From the NCBI RefSeq assembly GCF_009914755.1, contig NC_060926.1: a DNA stretch of 64,000 bases. The stretch is one strand, 5' to 3'. Below are positions 52,108-64,000 of the stretch, piece after piece. How positions within the stretch are numbered: the stretch's first letter is position 1; every line of letters starts with the position of its first letter. Position numbers and translations under genes: made by a program. This DNA comes from the human T2T-CHM13v2.0 reference genome, Homo sapiens. Under the pieces are notes generated by a model. That model searched no databases, had not been told where the DNA came from, and saw only the letters and a list, made by a program, of their open reading frames with translations.

Positions 52108-53514
52108 TAAAATTTTTAACACTTATACTAAATGTCTATTTCATAGAATATGGAATGTATCTCAATTTTTGAAGTAAAACAAGAAATTAAAAAAAAAAAT
52201 CTCTACTGCACTGGAACTATTTCACACTACAGCCCCAGGCCCCAAAGGAGGCATGTGTACTTTCTCTCCCTTTCGTGGTTAGGGGCACTTAAGTGGAAGC
52301 TTCAGAAGCACTGTTCTCTTTCTGTTTCACTTTTTCGTAATAAAAGTTTTCAAGTGAATGCAAAAGTAAGGTACAAAAAGATAATAAATTTTTATATATT
52401 TATAACTCAGTTTCAATAATTATTAACATACGGCCAATGTTATCTCAAACAAATGCCCCTCATCTCCACCCTCTCTCATACTAGATTATTTTACAGTGAA
52501 TTCCAGATATTATATTCTGTCCATAAATGCTTCATTATTTATATCTAGAAGATAAAGACATGGGACCCTAACTGTCCCATGAAAGTCATTTGACAGTTGT
52601 TGAGAAGCACTGTTTTCAGGCATTATGGCCTCTTACAATCCAAAAATGCACACATTTATTAGATCCTTTCATGAGAGTAGTTGGCACTCAGTGATGAAAA
52701 AGAGATATTGTTCGAAGACTAGTTCAGCTTTGTTTATTTTATTTTTTTCTTTTTCTGGAGCAAGACATCTCCAGAATAGTCTATTCTCCAGGCTAGCTGA
52801 ATGACATTTTAATTAGCTCCATGAGCAGTCTCGGCCTTACAAACAACCAATGAACTACTTAATCATACACAAGGCCTCCTCCACACCTGGGCCCTCTCTT
52901 GCCAAACAGGGGAGGTTTTAGAGAATCTGTGCGTTCAGGAGTCAAAGGAGAGACAGAGTTGTGCAAAGGAAGGCCAGCTGAGGGGATGGACTCTCCAGAG
53001 AGGGATGACTACTACCAAGTCAAGGCTTCCTCACTACCTGAATTGCCCAGCTACTGTGTACCAGAAATCAAGTGATTTTACCAAGTGTAATGTAGCCACT
53101 GTTTGCCGTGAGCCCCTGTGGGACAGATGCTTGTCTTGTTGACCTTTGTATCTCCAGCGCCTAGCTCCAAGTCTAGCAAACCAGTGGACTCTTAGAAGAC
53201 TGAGGCTCCAAGTTCAGACTAGTATCTTCCTGAAACTGGTAGAATCAGGTACACTGGGGGAATTGGGGGCCTTGTTGGGGAGGAGGTGTGGGACGTGGTA
53301 GCAAGGGTGGGCAACTTGAATTGTGCCAGCCTGGGTAGTATGGCACAGAGAGGTGCCTCATAGCTCCAGCTCTTTGCGGTGAGGCAGTTAGAGGTGAAAT
53401 ACTGATGCAAAGTGAATGGTCAGAGGGATTTGCTGACAATGTTTGCCTGTTTTAAAGATGTGCCCTGATTTGGCTAATTTCTGGGGACAGAAATTTTTTC
53501 TTCTCTCCCTCCTT

Positions 53515-54851
<1,337 letters not shown>

Positions 54852-54899
54852 TAAGGTTTCTTAGAAGTGAACTTTATAAGGAAAGTAGAAAAATAAATG

Positions 54900-56165
<1,266 letters not shown>

Positions 56166-56399
56166 CTAGAACATTTTGAAATGAAACCTGCAAATATGTG
56201 AACATGTAGATGTATATAACAGGGTGTTAAAATTGGGCTCTTCTCGCTTACTTTTGGTGAAAGCTCTAAAGGCTGATAACAATACAATAGATACCCAAGG
56301 ATTCCCACATCTTAAATATCCAAATTGGGTGCCTATTCCTCCTATGTAACCTATGTAGAGGTAACTTGAGAGATTATGAAACTGATTCTGCAGGAAATA

Positions 56400-57230
56400 A
56401 GCAGTCAATGAAAAGTGAGGGCTGAAGCATTAGTGAGCCAAGATTTCATGGAAAGCCTGTGAGTGGGCTGCGTCCCACCTTCCTCCCAGGGGAAGAGGAG
56501 GGAGTGCATGCCCTCACCCCAAGCCAGTGAGAGGGCCTTCCAGAGACCCCCTTAGAGAGTTTCACATGGGCTCCCTGAAGTTTGCGGACTGGTGTCTGCC
56601 TTTTGCCAAGAGAAGCCTACAGGTGAGACTGTGGCTAGAACTAAATGGGGGTGGCAATAAAGAGACAGAAGTGGCTGACAAAGATGCATGAGTTTTACTG
56701 GGAAGTCATGCGGACCTGGGGAGGGCGCTGGCCTGGGTTGTTTTAAAGGAGAACCACACAAGAGGACTCCTGAGGAGGGGGTAAAAGGCCAAAACAAGAG
56801 GGTTAATGTAAAGGAGATTGCTGGAAACCCTGGGTTGAAGGGAGAAGTGGAAGCTTCCAGCTGGAGGAGAGACAGCGTCCTCCATAAACGATTTTGGGGG
56901 CAACTTGCAAAACCATCTGCCAGAGAAAGAGCCTGCAAAGGTGCCTCTGTCACACCTCCAGGAACTAATGGTGGCTCTGGACAGTGCCTGCCAGGAAAGA
57001 TGGCGTCCATCCCCCCCATCCCTATCCTCAGGGACCCACCTTGAGGGGCCAGAGACCAAAGGCAAGAGGACAAGCTGTGAGAGGGAGGATGGCAACCACT
57101 AACCCTAAATCCTCACTTCTTCAGCTTGCAAGCTTGAAGTAGGTTGGCCTGGAGGAGGAGAGTCCCTTTCAGTTGAAAGCAGTTCAGATTGGGCTGGACA
57201 TTTTAATTATTGAAGACAGTCCAGCTGACT
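56400..57230. mobile_element. Probable ancient LTR (MamGyp-like)
   Basis: Purine-rich block ending ATTGGGCTGGACATTTTAATTATTGAAGACAGT, resembling old mammalian LTRs. Family uncertain. Confidence 0.3.
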
Positions 57231-57399
57231 GAAAGGGACCAGAAGGCTTTGAGATCTGCCTGAGATTTCATGCAGGGGCAGGAAAAGGGCAAATCCCGAG
57301 AGAATTTGAAATAAATGTAGGAAAAAGGAAATCATTGCTTTATTATTGCATTTGTGCTTGTCTTGTTCAACAAAGTAGTAACAAATATTTTTAAAAGGT

Positions 57400-58096
<697 letters not shown>

Positions 58097-59564
58097 TAGC
58101 GTATGTAGCGCTCCTGGCATGATGTTTGACACATAATAAATGCTCCATAAGTGTTAGTATTATTATTACTACTACTGTTTTGTAATCTGCCTTTTCTCAC
58201 TTAATATACCCTAAATGTATTTTTATGTCAATAAATACACTTACGGCAGATAACTAGAACATGAGTTCCACACCGTTCTATTTACTAATGTATCCTTCTA
58301 TTTACAACAGTGCTTGGCACTGTTGTGGATGCAATGTGGTGCTGTATGGAATGTACAATATTTATTCAGTGATCTGTTATTATTGCTTAGAATATGTTGG
58401 AAACAACCACATCGAAGTGGATTCCAATCTTCCGTTATTATAAACCAGACTCTAACAAACATCCTTACTTTTGCATCTTTGTGTATATCCTTAATTGTTT
58501 TCTTGGTATAAATTCTTAGCAGAGGAACTGCTAGGTCAAAGGGTATGAACATTTTGTTCAAACTTGGGAAATTGTCGCCAAATTGTCCTCCAGAGGGATT
58601 TTGAGGTTAAGGAAGAAATAGAAATTTCTAAGTATAGAGATTATTTTTATTATCTTGGCATATCTCTGGATATTTCCCAGTTCCAAGAGTTTGGGATGGC
58701 TTTAGCCCAAAAAGGATTTCTGCAAGAAAATCTTTGCAGAAATAAAATAAAAACATATTTCAGTAATTTTTTTCTAGGCATAGTTGACGGAATAAAATGG
58801 AAGGGAAAACAGAGCATTTAGCAATAGATGCAGCTGTAACTCCTCAGCCCAAGAAACCTCAGCTCTGAAAAGAACAGAGTCCTCTCCTGGCATTACAGAG
58901 AAGAATTACAAGTCAAAATACAACTATGTATTGAGCACTTTCTAGGTATGGCACTGTGCGGCTGTCATGGACAGACACTGCTTGACACATTCCTCCTTCT
59001 GCACTGACTTCAGAGTGCACTGGCCTGTCTGTGTTCCCACTCTCTCCCCTTGCCCCATGCCTGGACTGTAAGCTCTCCAGAAAAGGGAACTTGTTGGTTT
59101 CATCTTGCATCCCTGGCATACTGCATTGTATGTTTGCAAAACTGAGCAGAACTACCCTAGGAGAATTCCAAAAGGATTGGTGCAAGCTCTGGAAAACACA
59201 CAAACTTATATGCGTTTGAATGACTAAAGTCAAAAGTGTGAGAGGCTAAATAAAACACTGGCATCTTGATTTCTCACAGAAGAGACTCAAGCAATTTGGG
59301 GGATTTTGAGCCCCTTATCCTCAGATGGGTCTGCTGTCCCAAGATTTAGTTTAGTACCAGGATCTAGTCACAATGGATCATGGTGACTAGATCCTTCCCT
59401 CTGCTCCCTTGCATAAAATAGCAGCCTAAGATTGAAGCACACAGGAACTTGAGCCCATAACCCAAGCAACCCAAAAGATTGCCTACCTCTCTTAGAACCT
59501 GTGAGTTGAATCTGTGTTTGGGGGCTGCAGGAGGTTCCCCAGACATTGTCAGTGGGTGAAACAA

Positions 59565-60050
59565 TGTGGTAGAGATGGCTAGCTGCCTACCCAATATCCC
59601 TTCACTTTGGCTTTCTCACTATAGAGCCAATATTATTAGAGACAGCAAAGCACCTAACTAAAAAGTTCTATTTCCAGGCCTGCTTTGAGGACTGGGATGG
59701 CCAATGAGATATAAAGAGAGTTGTTGGGTGGGACTTCCAGGGATACTTCTAAAAGAGGTTAATTCATCTACTAGGTGGCTTTGCTCTTCCTGCCTTCCTC
59801 CTTTTTTACTTCTTTCTACCTAGATCACAGATGCAATGGTTGGAGCTTCAGCAACCATTCTGTTACCATGGATTTGAAGATGGAAATCAACGCTAAATAG
59901 GGGTGTTAAAGCAGAAAAGGTAGGAGGCTTGGACACACCAACCTGAGACTGCTAACTGCCAAATTTATCTTATTTGAGAGAAAAACAAACCCCTATCTTG
60001 TTTAAGCTATTGTCAGTTGAGGACTCTGTAGTAATGACCAAAGGTAATTG
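59565..60050 (+). mobile_element. Old MLT1 (J/I-like) LTR
   Basis: GGCCAATGAGATATAAA...GGTTGGAGCTTCAGCAACCATTCTG...CCCTATCTTGTTTAAGC. Confidence 0.65.
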
Positions 60051-63000
60051 CTAATGAATGGCTTTCCATGGGTTGAAGGGCACTGTACTAAGGGCACTTT
60101 GGAATTTTTTTTTAGAGAGATTGCATTTTTGGTTGTCACAATGAATAGGAAAACTACTTGGATTTAATAGATGAGAGCCTAGGAGGTACCGTCCCAGATG
60201 TTCATGTGGGTTCAAAGCAACAACAACAAAATATTGATAATCAATTACCTGTGCCTTGAACCTAACTATATTTTCCATGTAAAAACAACATATTTTTTGC
60301 GTGGATTCAGACATACCTAATTTTCCATGAATTTAACTGTTACATAAAACAAATAAATCTTGAACTTTGCTTTTTGGACCTTTACTAGGATTTGTTCACC
60401 TTTTACAGAGTTATATTAGCATTGGCAACACTAGCTGTATTCAGTATAACACACCTGTATTAATCTGTGTTTATAGTTGTCCTGTTTATGGTGGATGTAT
60501 GAATAAGTATAGAATTTGACTCCTTCATCACATCTTCTCGGGTAGCTAGTTCTAAGCATTTCCTTATTGAAATACATATTACTTTATTATAAATTAACTC
60601 CCTTTTATTTCTCCTTTGCATCTTTCCAGGGAAGGCCTTACGCTGATTCTATTTTTGAGAAGTTATGTGTAGGTAGATTATATTATCTATAAACTTAATT
60701 GCAGGATCATAATAATTGCCCTACAAATTTAGCGGGGAGAGAGCTTTGCTCTTGACCATGCCTGTTGTTCTAACTGATACCAATGAATACACACTCAGCC
60801 CTTTGTCTGCCTTCTTTGCTTTAGTGCTAAGAGGCAGAAAGGACTGACAATAGCGAGCTAAGCCTTTGGGGTCTGTATTTCAAATAAAACAGGAGTGATT
60901 TTTACATTCATCAATGGCAAGCCTGGGTTTGGACACAAATGCAAAAGATGCCTCCTATGCAATGTCATTTGAGAGCTAATTCTCTCTGAGGGTTAAATAT
61001 TAATCCAGGATCTTCCATGAACTGTTCTGCACACACTAGTTTATTAGAGGACACAGATTGGGATAGGACTCTCTGTTGATATGGGGGAGGCAGGGCCGAC
61101 ACAGCTCTGGAACTCCAGGCGCTCAGAAAGGGAAAGAGGGGGAGGTGAAGAAACCACACTGGCCATCTGGGGGTAGGAAGGAGTGCCAAGGGAAGCAGCA
61201 TGCACAGGGCCACTGAGAGGACTTGCGGCCAGTGATACCAACCTCACCGTTTGCCTTGGTCAGCTCGCTGGGGTGACTGAATTAACCACATCTCTCTCTC
61301 CTTAATTGGAGCAGATAATTGGCAAGCTGGCTTTGTGCACAGGAAATGTGTTCAGATAGATTTGGCGGAGTGTGGCAGGAAGAATGGGGACCACCTGATT
61401 TCATCTTGTGCCAAGGAGGGCGACACAAAGCGCCAGTGTCTCCTATGGAGCCTGGCCCAGGCAGAGCATTGGGGGCAGAGAGCCCTGTGCAAACCCACAG
61501 GCCGGTGCTCCCTTCAGGAACCTCAGCTGGCTGGGCTGAACTGGGAGCATGCTGGAGCAGCTGATGCTCAGGAGCCCTGGGGCGGGCTCTGTGGTTCAGC
61601 TGCTTTGTGACTTTGGCCATGTAATTTAACCTCTCTGTCTGTTTCCTCATCTGCAAAACAACTGAAAAAGAAATGTTATAACGCCTTTAAGATTATGTCA
61701 CTCCATCCCATGCAACCCACAGATGCTGCTTGAATGCCTACTCTGTGGGTAGAGCTGCTCTGGGAGCTCTGCCTACTTCCTGTTGATCCCTTGTAGGAGT
61801 GAGAGGAGTGTAAAACACAAAGATAAACCATAAACAAATCACTGCAGGGCCATTTAAATCTTCACCTTCTCCCCAGAAAAGTCTTCAGCACTTTCACGCC
61901 AGGTTGGAAAATATGGCCAAACCTCCTCCCTCAGCCCTTTGCCCAACTCTTTTTCAGAAGTACCCCCAGGAGAGGGATTATTTAGAGATAGTTGTTGCCA
62001 GGGTGACAGAAACCAAACATCAACAGAAGTGTCACTATTTCTAAGGACACTTTGAGTGAAGTGCTCATCTGATGACCGACCCCATGACTGCCAGAGGCTC
62101 TTTTCCAGCTTTTTGGAATCTTTATCTTAGAAAACCCTTTGTTGTTGTGAAATGCTCTCAGGTCCAGAAAGGAAGTGAGGGTCAGTCAGCAATGCAATCG
62201 CAACCCCCTCAGTACACACAAGCAGCACTGTGGAATAGCAACTGTTTTTGAAGGACTCATCTTCATTTGACCCTGGCTTAGAGTTGGTCTATGAGGGCTG
62301 TTTCCTGGGGATTTCCACCTGAACTGCAAAGAGCCCTGGCCCCAGCTCATGCCACGTGGAGGATGGAGACAGCTGTATTTCTTGTGTGACTTTCTCTGTG
62401 TGGCAAGAGGTAGATGAAGGGAGTCAAGGACAGAGCAAGTCTCTCTACAATCCTGAGCATCAACATAGCAACAGAAGCATTTTGTGACTTGTGTTCCTAA
62501 GGGTAAGTTTAGGACAAATTACCAAAGCACATAGAATACACATTTGTAACTGACATTATTATCATTATTTTGCTTTTAGCTCAAGATTTATTCTTCATGA
62601 TCTAGCAGTTATTCAAATGAGCATTTTCTTTTAGTAAAATCATTTGGCTTAGAGCTATCCATCTATTAATATTACCATTCATTACAAACATTTGAAAGCA
62701 GACATGCATTTGTATTTTTTTAAATTAATCTTAGTTATCATGCATAGTTGGGTTTGAATTACAGACACTTGCAAGCTCATAAAAACTGTAAGGGGGATAA
62801 ATTCATAAAATTTATTTTGCAAATAAATAAGCTGTAAGAATCATCAAATATCTCCAAAGATAAAATGAATCAGGGAGTCACATGTCATTCTAATGACCAG
62901 CTTGTTAATCAGAGATTCCATAATTACATTCCTCACTGCACTGTTGTTGTTGTGAGGCTTCAATAAGAATATCAAGTTCTTGGTGCCCAGTAGGCATCTA

Positions 63001-63056
63001 ATAAATGAGAGTTGTTATTAATATGTTTAATCCTCAAAAACAGACATACCTACAAA

Positions 63057-63057
<1 letters not shown>

Positions 63058-63095
<38 letters not shown>
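63058..63095. repeat. (AC)19 microsatellite
   Basis: Uninterrupted dinucleotide run. Confidence 0.97.
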
Positions 63096-63097
<2 letters not shown>

Positions 63098-63281
63098 ATG
63101 GTCCTTTTAAAGGAATTCCATCTTTGGTGGAGACAGATGGATACCCCCTTCAGACCCTGAGCGTGAACATTGAATATCTATTCTTTGCTTTTTTGGAGCC
63201 TGGGTCATCTGAATACAATAAATATCCCTGAGAGCCTCTGTGAGTTCAGCCCTGGCTAGGTCAGCCCCTGAACACACACTA

Positions 63282-63732
<451 letters not shown>

Positions 63733-64000
63733 GAATTTTCCTCCCGGTCCTGGAGGAGGAATATCTTCAAAACTGCCTGGAAGTTCTGGCTCCTGTCTGG
63801 GGTACACCTGAACAGGACCCTCTTTACCAGCCCTATCTGCTCCCTCTGCTCACATAACTGGTTCAACAGCCACACTCCTCATTTCTGTCCCCAAATAGAA
63901 TGTATGCTTATGTGTGTGGCTTTTCACATGCTGTACCCTATGCCTAGAATGCCTTTCCTCCCATTCCCCCTAAAACTTCTATCAAAGCTTAGAGCCACCC

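Noticed and set aside
56552-57102. Overlapping 118-173 aa ORFs on both strands
   Set aside because: No recognisable domains or splice structure. They lie in a GC-richer, probably LTR-derived block where open frames arise by chance.
61408-61427. CTCF-like GCCAAGGAGGGCGAC
   Set aside because: The 5' half matches the CTCF consensus poorly.

Overview
Primate, almost certainly human, genomic DNA: Alu/L1-rich and CpG-poor. 1-25.3 kb holds the 3' half of FOXN2 on the + strand. It comprises the last four coding exons (5014-5114, 8610-8674, 19259-19327, 20887-21410), which splice in frame, and a ~3.85-kb 3'UTR ending near AATAAA 25239. Downstream is intergenic DNA dominated by nested repeats. The largest is a two-LTR HERV-K(HML-3)/HERVK9 provirus (30512-36626, MER9 LTRs, GAAGAA target-site duplication) inserted in an old L1. 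It is defective, with large deletions in gag, pol and env and an AluY in gag. Nearly all other ORFs in the track are Alu/L1/LTR artefacts. I see no convincing new multi-gene system. The most unusual unexplained signals are: a non-Alu 67-bp inverted repeat 2.3 kb apart in a FOXN2 intron; ~28 nt of tRNA-Lys complementarity at the proviral PBS; a short Gag remnant ORF with overlapping PSAP/PPPY late domains; a candidate poison exon; and RFX X-box-bearing candidate enhancers. Repeat subfamily names are from memory of consensus sequences and repeat boundaries are approximate.
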